From: an uncultured Bacteroidota bacterium
GTDB taxonomy: Bacteria; Bacteroidota; Rhodothermia; Rhodothermales; Salinibacteraceae
DNA: 64,000 nucleotides
NCBI GenBank assembly: GCA_913055845.1
Contig: CAJXKO010000008.1
Location: 2,881-66,880, forward strand
Direction: 5' to 3'
Shown piece by piece: positions 8,740-17,345 of this stretch; position 1 is the first letter of the stretch, and every line of letters begins with the position of its first letter. Position numbers and translations under genes: made by a program. The notes below the pieces were generated by a model. That model worked only from the letters and a program-made list of their open reading frames with translations. It was not told the DNA's origin and searched no databases.

Positions 8740-9836
8740 TGGTCGAAGGAGAGGAGAAGATCAGAAGCGAGTGCTGCCCGCGGATGGTCGAGGGTCCGCA
8801 GTTTGCGAAGGGGGGTTATGGAGCCGATTTCGATGAGGCTCCGCGCCGCGCCAAGGGCGACCCATCGCGACTCGTCACCGTACACGAGCGCCCCTAGAAG
8901 GACCTCGTCCTCGGGAGTCCCCAGCTGTCCAAGTGCCCGGGCCGCATGCAGGCGAACGAAGGAGGCCGGTGCGTGGCAGTAGGCGCGTATGAGCGGTCCG
9001 TGTACGCCTTTTCCCAGGTGTTTGAGCAAGCGAAGGAGACTCGCCGTCACCTTGGGGAATTGAAGCATGTCTCGAAACTTCGCGTCCTCGAGCAGCCAGG
9101 CCGCTGCGGCGACTGAGGCGGTATCCCGAAGTTCTCGGAGTGTCTCTGCGCAACAGATGCGTACGAAGGGGGGACGTTCATCATCGGCCATCGCGGCCCG
9201 CATTGTCGGGGCCGCCGCCTCGCCCAGATGAACGAGGGAGGAACTAAGGTGCCGAGGGTCCACATGGGCCAACCGCGGCAGGCAGTCGAGAAGGCGTTCG
9301 GCATCCGCGGCCCCCCCGACCCTTGCAAGCGAATGCACCGTCCGTTCTACGACTCGGGGGGAGGAATCGTCAAGCATTTGTCGAAGGGCGGCTGCTTGCT
9401 CGGGGCCGCCGAGAAGCCCAAGCCGCTGGACGGCTCGCGCCCGAACCAGTGAGCGTCGGGACGACAGGTTCGCTTTCACCCGCGGCAGGAAGGGAGCCGC
9501 CAAGGCCTGAATGATCTGTTTTTCGGAGCCATCGACGACCGTGGCGTACGGCATCAGGGCCTCCAAAAAAGAACCGTAGTACTTCTTTGGTACCGTGTCG
9601 GTGAGAGTTTGGGGCCTGAGGTCCCCCGCGAGGACCGTCACTATCTGTGCGTCCCAGTCCTCCTTTTGGCGCTTCCAGACCCGCGTCTGGTACCGCGACC
9701 AGACGTGGCTCCCGAGTGCAAACGCGGCAAAGCACACCGACAGGAGCATTAGGGCCCCAGATCCGAGAATGAGCGTCGCGATGAGGTCGGAGGCTGGGGA
9801 AAAGACCTCGAACGGGGAGGAAAGATTGGGGCGCAC
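8736..9836 (-). CDS. Membrane-anchored HEAT-repeat protein
   Basis: 366 aa. N-terminal TM segment (LIATLILGSGALMLLSVCFAAFALG) followed by repeated helical pairs such as RARAVQRLGLLGGPEQAAALRQMLDDSSPRVVERTVHSLARVGG and LHAARALGQLGTPEDEVLLGAL. Its TGA overlaps the GT2 ATG (ATGA at 8736-8739). Confidence 0.7.
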   Translation of the reverse strand: MRPNLSSPFEVFSPASDLIATLILGSGALMLLSVCFAAFALGSHVWSRYQTRVWKRQKEDWDAQIVTVLAGDLRPQTLTDTVPKKYYGSFLEALMPYATVVDGSEKQIIQALAAPFLPRVKANLSSRRSLVRARAVQRLGLLGGPEQAAALRQMLDDSSPRVVERTVHSLARVGGAADAERLLDCLPRLAHVDPRHLSSSLVHLGEAAAPTMRAAMADDERPPFVRICCAETLRELRDTASVAAAAWLLEDAKFRDMLQFPKVTASLLRLLKHLGKGVHGPLIRAYCHAPASFVRLHAARALGQLGTPEDEVLLGALVYGDESRWVALGAARSLIEIGSITPLRKLRTLDHPRAALASDLLLSFDQ

Positions 9837-9873
9837 AGGGCCAAGGAAGTCAAGTCCACGCAGGAGAGGCTGG

Positions 9874-10278
9874 TTAGGCGAGGGCCGGCACGGGCCTCTC
9901 GGTCGCCGTCGACAAAAGACGGGGCACCCGAAGAATTCGGGTCGTCACAATATTGGGGGCGAACGGCCGAGTAAAATAATCGAAGGCATTCATGTCGAAG
10001 GCGCGAATCACGTCCTCGTCGTTGCCGCGCCGTCCCATGAGCACGAAGGGGGGCTGCAGCGGAGGAACCGATTGCAGCAGCTCCAGGCCCGTTCGGCCGG
10101 GGAGGCCCGTTTCGGCCACCACGACGCCGAATGAGGTGTCCCGAATGTGCTGCAGGGCCTGCTCCCCATCGGGGGCCCGAACGACCGTGGCGCCCTTCCG
10201 GCACAACCGGTCTTCCAGCAGGTTTGCGCTCGGCTTATGAGAGAGGGCAAGCAAAATGGGCTCCTTCAGTTCTGACAT
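9874..10278 (-). CDS. Stand-alone receiver (REC) domain protein lacking the phospho-acceptor residues
   Basis: 134 aa with a CheY-like alpha/beta pattern. A hand alignment to CheY gives DD to LS (ILLALSH), D57 to E (VVVAETGLPGRTG), T87 to G (FVLMGRRG) and K109 to R (YFTRPF). Confidence 0.75.
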   Translation of the reverse strand: MSELKEPILLALSHKPSANLLEDRLCRKGATVVRAPDGEQALQHIRDTSFGVVVAETGLPGRTGLELLQSVPPLQPPFVLMGRRGNDEDVIRAFDMNAFDYFTRPFAPNIVTTRILRVPRLLSTATERPVPALA

Positions 10279-10745
10279 CGAAATGAACCAGGGGCGTGCT
10301 TGGGGCTCGTTTGTGCCGTGAAAAAGGCGGAGCCTCCAGTGCCTCTACGGGTGGGGGCTGAAGGTGGGGGAATGGACGAAGGGCGTCCGCCGTCTCCGTG
10401 GCATGGTTGCTCCCAACACGATCACAAACACTGTGCCGTACGGCCCGACCGGTCCAAAAGACCCCTATTCCGGGTGGGTTTTTATCGGGCAACATCCCTT
10501 TGGCTGGTCTGAGCTTGGGCGCTTCCCAAAGACCCGGTTCGCCGGCTTTATTGAGGAGCACTTGGTTGTCCGAAGAGGACCTTGAGACGCGGTGCCCAAT
10601 CCGCCGCTGGGGGGTGGCCTAGGCCCCGCTCTTCGTCTCCGCTACAGTAGTGGGCTGCGCGGGCGAGATCAGAAAATGTCTCCAGGATCCTGGCTCTCAA
10701 GCAGCCCCCCACGGGCCCATTGCACTACGGTCCGCCAACACCAAT

Positions 10746-10777
10746 ATCCGGCAACGCTCGCATCCGGCAACGCTCGC
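10746..10777. repeat. Perfect 16-nt tandem duplication ATCCGGCAACGCTCGC x2
   Basis: Read directly: 10746-10761 equals 10762-10777. Lies in the 720-nt gap between the divergent REC operon and the S9 peptidase gene. Confidence 0.9.
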
Positions 10778-10999
10778 CCGAACGTCACCGACTCCCTGGG
10801 GGAAGCGCTCGGCCCCGTTCCGCAACAGGGCGTAACAGTGCGTGGCGGACGCCCGTGGTCACGAATGCACAGAGGCAATTCCCTGGAATTCGGGCGCTCG
10901 ATGGTTCCTGCCTGTCCGAGGATCCGCGGGGCTAAAGCCTCCCGCCCCTTTTGAGAAGGGCGGCTCACGACACTCTACGGCCGACACTGCTCGTTTCCC

Positions 11000-13192
11000 A
11001 TGTTGGGCGTTGCGTCCACACCAGAGAGACTCGCTTCAGTCGTTGCGTTTGTTGACCGTCGTCTCTGTCGGGTTGGGAGAAGAGGGTTCTGTCTCCTCCT
11101 TGTCCTATGGATCGGGGTACCTCCCGCCCTTGCTCAGTCCACGGAGCGCCATTCCCCGGGGGCCGAGCGGCTGCCCGAGCCAACTGACCTCCTTGCCTTT
11201 GCCGATCCGCAAGAACTTGCGCTTTCTCCCGATGGGGAGGCAGTGCTTCTCCGAACTCGTCGAGGCCTCCCCGACAGCAGCACGTATGCCGACAAGACGC
11301 GGCTCGTACCGACGGGGCCTGCGGCGGCAAAGCCCCTTGATGTGCCGCCCGGAGCGCACGAGTTTGAGTGGCTGCCGGAGGGGGAGCGCCTTGCCTACCT
11401 CGCCTCGACCGACCAAGGTAACCAGGTGTGGGTAAAGGCGATCGACGCCGATTCTGCTCGGCCGGTCACCCGTCACCCAGAGGGCGTGGAAAGTTTTTCC
11501 ATCTCTCCCTCGGGAACCCAACTCGCCTACGTGACACGAGCTCGGGTCGACGTTCCGGACCGAAAAAGAGAAGACACAAAAAGTGAGAGGAAGGGGAAAG
11601 AAGTGAACATGGAGACCTTCATGTACCTTCGGCTTCGTGGAGCGCGATTAACCGCCGCCCCACCCCCGCCCTCTCGGAAGCAACTTTGGACGAAGAGCCT
11701 GGGCGGTGGGGAAGCCAGAAAAGTGGCCGATACCCTCTCTGTTGACGCCTATCGATGGTCTCCATCCGGGCATCGGCTCGCCCTTGCGGCGACCCCCTCT
11801 CGCCTTCGCGCCCAGGATCCTCAGGTGCCGATGTTGCGGACCGACCTCTACGTTTACGACCTGGAAGCACGGCGCCTACGCACGATTCACAGGGGCCATG
11901 CGGGAGGAGAGACCATCTACGACGGGGCTGTCTCCTATTCATCCCCATTCTGGGGGCCGGATGGAGACCGGCTCGGATTCCTGCGGACGGACCACAGCGA
12001 TCGGTACGCAGCCGTCGCGGAACTGGGCATTCGAGATCTGAGTGCCCAGAAGACCCGATTTGTCACCACGTCGGATCATCCAGAGCTGTACAACCCGACG
12101 TTTCACTGGCACAGCCCCGACTCGCTTCTTGTCGAGTACACGAAGCAGGGGCGACGTGGGCTTTTTCGTCTCTCCCCAAAGGACGGAACGACAGCTCCCG
12201 TGTGGCGGCCAGTGCAGTACGCCAGTGGCTTTTCATTCAGTGCCCGCGGAGCCCGAGTCGCGTGGGTACAGCAAGGCATTGGGGCCCCTCCGGAGGTGCA
12301 CGTGGCGGACCGCTCCTTCAAATCCGCCCGGCGCATTTCCCAACTCAACCAAGATCTCCGAACGAACGTCTGGTTGCCGAACGGGGAGCCGGTCACCTGG
12401 AGCTCGAGCGACGGGACTGCCGTCCAGGGATGGTTCGTCCCTCCGCGTGTCCGATCCTCGTCCGCGCCCCCACCTCCACTGATCGTGTTGCTGCACGGCG
12501 GTCCGGGCATGCCTTCGACCAACCAGTACCACCCCTACGATGGAGGGTGGCTGTATCCGGTGCAGGTCTTCGCGGCCCGGGGCTACGCGGTCTTCCTGCC
12601 GAATTACAGGCAGACGGGGTCTTTCGGGAAAGATTTCCAGCAGGTTGAGGCTCCCGACAAGGAAGCCGTCGCGGACGTCCTGACCGGGATCGACCACCTG
12701 GCATCCGAAGGACAGATCGATTCGACCCGCGTCGGCCTCATGGGACACAGCCACGGTGCCTGGCTGGGGCCCTTGGTTGCCGAAGAACGTCCGACGTTTG
12801 AGGCGGCCTCGTTTGCCGAAGGGGCAAGCAACTATCTTTCCCTCTACGGCCAGTGGTCCGGTTGGCGAAACCGGGGCCTCCACGAGTACAGCGTCGGTGG
12901 ATCTCCCTACGACCGCACGCAACGATACGTGGACCTTTCTGTGCCCTTCCAGGACCGCTTCACGGCGAATACCCCCACACTCCTCGAATACGGACAAAAC
13001 GGCACAGCCATCCAGGGCCTCGAGACGGCCACGGCGCTTTGGCGACACGGTACGCCCCACGAGCTCATCGTCTATCCCGGCGTCGGGCACGGCATCCGAG
13101 AACCAGCCATCCTTCTTGCGTCGATGCAGCGCAACCTCCAGTGGTTTGGGGAGTGGCTCCCGGTAGACTCGGCGTCGACCGCGGATGAGTAA
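11000..13192 (+). CDS. S9-family serine peptidase (prolyl oligopeptidase / acylaminoacyl-peptidase type) with N-terminal beta-propeller
   Basis: 730 aa with a signal-like N-terminus. Propeller-like repeats (SPDGE..., SPSGTQLAY, SPSGHRLAL). C-terminal alpha/beta hydrolase with nucleophile elbow GLMGHSHGAW and a late GVGHG histidine. Confidence 0.85.
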   Translation: MLGVASTPERLASVVAFVDRRLCRVGRRGFCLLLVLWIGVPPALAQSTERHSPGAERLPEPTDLLAFADPQELALSPDGEAVLLRTRRGLPDSSTYADKTRLVPTGPAAAKPLDVPPGAHEFEWLPEGERLAYLASTDQGNQVWVKAIDADSARPVTRHPEGVESFSISPSGTQLAYVTRARVDVPDRKREDTKSERKGKEVNMETFMYLRLRGARLTAAPPPPSRKQLWTKSLGGGEARKVADTLSVDAYRWSPSGHRLALAATPSRLRAQDPQVPMLRTDLYVYDLEARRLRTIHRGHAGGETIYDGAVSYSSPFWGPDGDRLGFLRTDHSDRYAAVAELGIRDLSAQKTRFVTTSDHPELYNPTFHWHSPDSLLVEYTKQGRRGLFRLSPKDGTTAPVWRPVQYASGFSFSARGARVAWVQQGIGAPPEVHVADRSFKSARRISQLNQDLRTNVWLPNGEPVTWSSSDGTAVQGWFVPPRVRSSSAPPPPLIVLLHGGPGMPSTNQYHPYDGGWLYPVQVFAARGYAVFLPNYRQTGSFGKDFQQVEAPDKEAVADVLTGIDHLASEGQIDSTRVGLMGHSHGAWLGPLVAEERPTFEAASFAEGASNYLSLYGQWSGWRNRGLHEYSVGGSPYDRTQRYVDLSVPFQDRFTANTPTLLEYGQNGTAIQGLETATALWRHGTPHELIVYPGVGHGIREPAILLASMQRNLQWFGEWLPVDSASTADE

Positions 13193-13326
13193 AAAAGCCC
13201 CTCCGTAAAGGCCCGCCGCGTCCGGTGCCAGACTCGCCAGTGCCGTTTGGCGGGTGAGCATCTCGCTTCAAATGCACGTCTCCACTTCCCTCAACAGTTC
13301 CTGCGGGGCCATTCCTGGTGGTCCCT

Positions 13327-13794
13327 TTACGGTTCGAAGGTGGTAATCACAAAAATAATCAAGGGGGTGTCGCCCGCGTTGCGGACCGCGTGAAACGCGT
13401 TGCCTCGGACCGTTGTGATCGTGCCTTTGTCGAGGGGGTAGCTGCGCGGCTCGGCATCAGCGTGGTCCTTCTCCAGGTACGTGCCGTGGCCGTGCATCAC
13501 GACGTAGACTTCTTGCTCGCCTCGATCCCCGTGCGTGTGAAAGCCGACGCTGTCCTTCCCCGTGGGAAGCACCATGTAGGCCCCAATTCGATTGTTAACG
13601 AGTTCGTCGTCTTCAAACATCTGCAGCAAGTACACGGTACCGGAGCCGTCGTACATGTCCTCCCGCTTGTCGTAGCGAACGGCCGAGCGCGAGGGGGCAC
13701 CGTAATGGTGAACCGTCGTGTCCATCACCTCATCGAGCAGGGCATCGAGGCGTTGTTTTTCGCTGGGGGAGAGGGGAAGACGCGTGCGGGCCAT
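13327..13794 (-). CDS. Cupin-domain protein
   Basis: ORF 13327..13878. The preferred start is ATG 13794 (MARTRLPLSPSEKQ...). The GFHTHGDRGEQEVYVVMHGHGTYL...GNAFHAVRNAG pattern is a two-motif cupin signature. Confidence 0.7.
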   Translation of the reverse strand: MARTRLPLSPSEKQRLDALLDEVMDTTVHHYGAPSRSAVRYDKREDMYDGSGTVYLLQMFEDDELVNNRIGAYMVLPTGKDSVGFHTHGDRGEQEVYVVMHGHGTYLEKDHADAEPRSYPLDKGTITTVRGNAFHAVRNAGDTPLIIFVITTFEP

Positions 13795-13929
13795 GGCGGG
13801 AGAAGAGAGTAGATGGTTTAGGACGTCAACAGGAGGCGCTGGGCTTGAGTCGTGCTTCGGCCCTGAAGTCCGGGGCACGCCTGAACTCGAAGACCGTTCG
13901 GCCGAGCGGCCGGACCCAAGGCCCCCATC

Positions 13930-14445
13930 CTACTGCGAGACGAATCCCTGTTCCGCGTGGCGCATCCGGTACGCCCCGTAGCCGCCCCCAAACAGGGCAA
14001 GTAAAAACGTTCCAAGCGGGCTGAGGGGCACTTCCGTTCCTCCCCCACAACCCGCGTTCATGGGCTTACAGAGAAGATTCCCACCTGGGTTCTCGCAGCA
14101 CTTCTCGTTCGGTCCGCAGTTCCCACACCCCTGGGCCTGCGTGGTCCCGTACGTCCCGCGGGCATCCCGGTCGGGGAATCCGCGCGACCGGTCCCGCTCC
14201 GGAGCAGCACGCCCGCGTTCTCGTCGATGCGAGGGCCCTGCACCAGGCGATCCGCTGCCTGGAGTGAAGATAGGGGGGGCTGGAGCCTGTGTTCTCGCTC
14301 CTGGTGCGGGAGGAGCGGTTGGCTCGGCCCATTGGGGAAGGTCCTGTGCGGAGCTAGGGGCCGGGGAGGGCGCTCCGAGAAGGACGAAAATAACGAGTAG
14401 GGCTGTTAGCCAGGAGGAGGGAGTCTGCAGTACCGCGATTCTCAT
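13930..14445 (-). CDS. Secreted Pro-rich / Cys-rich protein with C-terminal hydrophobic anchor and basic tail
   Basis: ORF 13930..14475. Start ATG 14445 gives the signal peptide MRIAVLQTPSSWLTALLVIFVLLGAPSPAPSSAQD. It continues with a Pro-rich linker, then a Cys cluster (CGNCGPNEKCCENPGGNLLCKPMNAGC), then EVPLSPLGTFLLALFGGGYGAYRMRH. Confidence 0.5.
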   Translation of the reverse strand: MRIAVLQTPSSWLTALLVIFVLLGAPSPAPSSAQDLPQWAEPTAPPAPGARTQAPAPPIFTPGSGSPGAGPSHRRERGRAAPERDRSRGFPDRDARGTYGTTQAQGCGNCGPNEKCCENPGGNLLCKPMNAGCGGGTEVPLSPLGTFLLALFGGGYGAYRMRHAEQGFVSQ

Positions 14446-14807
14446 CTCCGTTGTAGGTGGGGTGGGGGGATACACTACCCCCGAAAGACACGTCGGAGTT
14501 TAAAAGTTTCGGGCCAACGTGAAAGAATGAAAACGTGCCGGGGATTACGACGGGCTTTCACAGGCCGTCTCGGTCCCCTGTTCAGGGCGGTACCCCACGG
14601 CCGGCGCCAAAAACGACGGCGGGGCCGCCCTCGTCTGGAACGAGCCCGTTCAGGGTCGTCCCAGAATTCCCAGCGCTGAGAGGGCAGTACGTGCGCCGCT
14701 GCCGCCGGCATTGGGAAATGCTGGTCTTGTTTGCGATGTTGAACTTATGAGGCAGGGGATGCCGCCAAGGGAGCCCCGCATGTTTGTCTGGCACACCGAC
14801 CGTTCCC

Positions 14808-17309
14808 ATGGCTCACGACGCAACCGGCGACCGTCCCGCTCCCAAGGATAACTCGTCGGAGCGAGCGAAGGCGTCGGGACCCGAAGACAATCGGGCGGCG
14901 AGCCATTCCGCTGACGCGGCGCGGCCGCAGCGATCGCTTCTCAGCGACCTGATTCGCCGCCGCATTCCGCAGGTGCTGGCCGGCTATCTCGGGGTCACCT
15001 GGACCCTCTTCGAATTCATGAAGTGGCTCACCAATCAGTACCTGGTATCGCCGTATCTGGGGCAGGCCCTCCTCTTCGGCCTCCTCCTCTTCGTGCCCTC
15101 CGTCGTGCTGGTCACCTACCGGCACGGCCGCCCCGGTCCCGACGCCTGGACCCAGACCGAGCGCGTCGGAATTGCCGGGAATGCTGCGCTCGTCGCGATT
15201 GTCCTACTCGTGGCGTTTGGGGGCACCGAACTCGGGTCGATGGTACGGGCCGTGGAGGGGGGGCGAGAGACGTCGGCGGCTGCCTCTGGCCCCTCGCGTC
15301 CCGCCAGTGGAAATTTGCCCGGCGATCGTGCCGACCGCCGCACGGTTCCGAAGAAAGAGTTTCGTCGGCGCGTGGCGGTCTTTTACTTCCGGGAGGCTAA
15401 CGGCGCACGGGCCGACACGGCGCTCCGGCGGATGGTCCCGGCTGCGCTCCAGGCGGATCTGGCACAGGATCTGTTCGTCAGCCTCTTTCCGCCGGACCAG
15501 TTTGACAGTGAGCTGCGGGAGCGGGGCTACGGGGGCGGGCTTGGCGTGCCCCTCGGGCTCAAGCAGGACGTTGCCCAGCGCGTCAATGCGCAGTACGTGC
15601 TCTCCGGACGGGTGGGGCGGGCCGAGCGCGAGGTCCAGCTCACCACGCGGCTCCGGAAGACAACGACGGGAAAGCAGGTTGCAGCGCGGACGTTCGCGGG
15701 AGACACGCTGTTTGCTCTCATCGACCGGGCGAGTCGGCGGCTCAAGCAGGACCTGGGGCTGCCCGCGGCGCACCTAGAGCGCGCGACGGACCTTCCGGTG
15801 ACACAGGTGTTTACCGCCTCGGTCCCAGCGGCGAAGCACTACGCGCAGGGGCACTATCTTGACGCGATCCGGGAGGGGGAAAACCGGCGCGCCCTGGCGT
15901 CGTACCGGCAGGCGACTGCCATCGACTCCACCTTCGCCACCGCACAGATCGGAAAGGGACGGGTCTTCTGGGAGCTAGGCCAGCGCGAGAAGGCCGCCCA
16001 GGCGTTCCGGACGGCCCAGCGCCATAGCTATCGACTGCCCGAGACCCGAAAGTACTGGCTGAAGGCCCTGCGTCTCCTCCGGATCGAGAACCGGCCCGAG
16101 GCGGCCCTCCGGGTCTGTGAACAGTGGACGACCCTCTATCCCCACGACGTGATGGCCTGGGTGCTGAAAGGCGTCCTCCACGACCAGCGTTCTCAGCCCG
16201 AGGCGGTCCTCGAAAGCTACCGGCAGGCCATCACCCTGGCCCCGGAGCACAAGAAGGCCGCGACGGGGCTAATTCGGGGCCTTCTCCGCACCGGTCGGGT
16301 CGACTCAGCGGTTCGGCGTGCCGAATCGTTCGTTGACGATCGTCCGCGGGACGGGGAGGGGCATCTGCTGGCGGGGACGGCCCACTGGATGCGGGGGGAT
16401 CTGGAAGAGGCCGAAGCGGGCCTTCGGCGCGCACAGGGGCTTGATGCGCCACGCGCAACGTTTCGGCTGGTTGCCCTGCACCAAGCGCGGGGCCGGTTTG
16501 AGGAGGCGCTCTCGGCAATTCAACGGCGGATGCAGGCGGCGGACGGCGATCCCCGGGCCCGGTTTCGACGGTGGTACCAGCGCTGGCTTCGGGGCGAAAT
16601 CGACCAGAGCATCGCGGAGCTAGACACCCTCCGGGCCCAGAGCCCCGCGCCGTCGGGGGAGGCGTATCCGGCCCTGACGACTCGCGTCTGCGAGTACTAC
16701 GACGGCCTCGAGAAGCGCCTCGTTGTACGGGCGTACGAGCGCCTGCAACGGCGCGCAGGGGACGAGACCGATGAGGACGTGTCCCCCCATCGTGCGCGAA
16801 CTATGGAACTGGCCCTCGCGCACTGCGGCATTGCGGCAGGACGGCTCGCGGCGGCGCGTCGGCACCTGAGCCGTGCCGACTCGATGGCGCGCACGGAGAC
16901 GGGGCGCCCCGGGCTCCGAAGCGAGTACCTCCGGGCCCGCCTGCGAGAGAAACAGGGCGCGTACAGGCGGGCCGCCCAGCAGTACGACGCGCTGATGGAG
17001 ACCTGGTCCGTCCCGGCCCGCCTCACGTGGACCTACCGGCTTCCGTGCCTTCACCAGGCCCGGGCCTACCAGCAAATCGGACAGGCCCAGAAGGCCGAAG
17101 CAGCGTACCGGGCGGCCCTAACCATCCGCCCGGCCGATCCTCGCCTTAACCTCCACTACGGCCGGTTTTTGGCCCGGCAAGGACGCGACGACGCGGCCCG
17201 GACGCATCTGCAGCGTGCCGTAGATGCCTGGGTCCCGGCCGATCCGGACTTCCGCCCGAAACAGCGGGCCCAGGCGTGGGCCGATTCGCTCGGCGGAGCA
17301 TCGGTCTGA
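14808..17309 (+). CDS. Membrane-anchored TPR-repeat protein
   Basis: ORF 14784..17309 opens on TTG; the first ATG is 14808. Two TM segments (LLFGLLLFVPSVVLVTY, IAGNAALVAIVLLVAFGG), a periplasmic TolB-N/CsgG-like region, then many TPR-like units (YRQAITLAPEH, YRAALTIRPADPRLNLHYGRFLARQG). Confidence 0.7.
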   Translation: MAHDATGDRPAPKDNSSERAKASGPEDNRAASHSADAARPQRSLLSDLIRRRIPQVLAGYLGVTWTLFEFMKWLTNQYLVSPYLGQALLFGLLLFVPSVVLVTYRHGRPGPDAWTQTERVGIAGNAALVAIVLLVAFGGTELGSMVRAVEGGRETSAAASGPSRPASGNLPGDRADRRTVPKKEFRRRVAVFYFREANGARADTALRRMVPAALQADLAQDLFVSLFPPDQFDSELRERGYGGGLGVPLGLKQDVAQRVNAQYVLSGRVGRAEREVQLTTRLRKTTTGKQVAARTFAGDTLFALIDRASRRLKQDLGLPAAHLERATDLPVTQVFTASVPAAKHYAQGHYLDAIREGENRRALASYRQATAIDSTFATAQIGKGRVFWELGQREKAAQAFRTAQRHSYRLPETRKYWLKALRLLRIENRPEAALRVCEQWTTLYPHDVMAWVLKGVLHDQRSQPEAVLESYRQAITLAPEHKKAATGLIRGLLRTGRVDSAVRRAESFVDDRPRDGEGHLLAGTAHWMRGDLEEAEAGLRRAQGLDAPRATFRLVALHQARGRFEEALSAIQRRMQAADGDPRARFRRWYQRWLRGEIDQSIAELDTLRAQSPAPSGEAYPALTTRVCEYYDGLEKRLVVRAYERLQRRAGDETDEDVSPHRARTMELALAHCGIAAGRLAAARRHLSRADSMARTETGRPGLRSEYLRARLREKQGAYRRAAQQYDALMETWSVPARLTWTYRLPCLHQARAYQQIGQAQKAEAAYRAALTIRPADPRLNLHYGRFLARQGRDDAARTHLQRAVDAWVPADPDFRPKQRAQAWADSLGGASV

Positions 17310-17345
17310 CCGGTCCGGAACGAGACGCATGTGGGCCGAGAGGGG

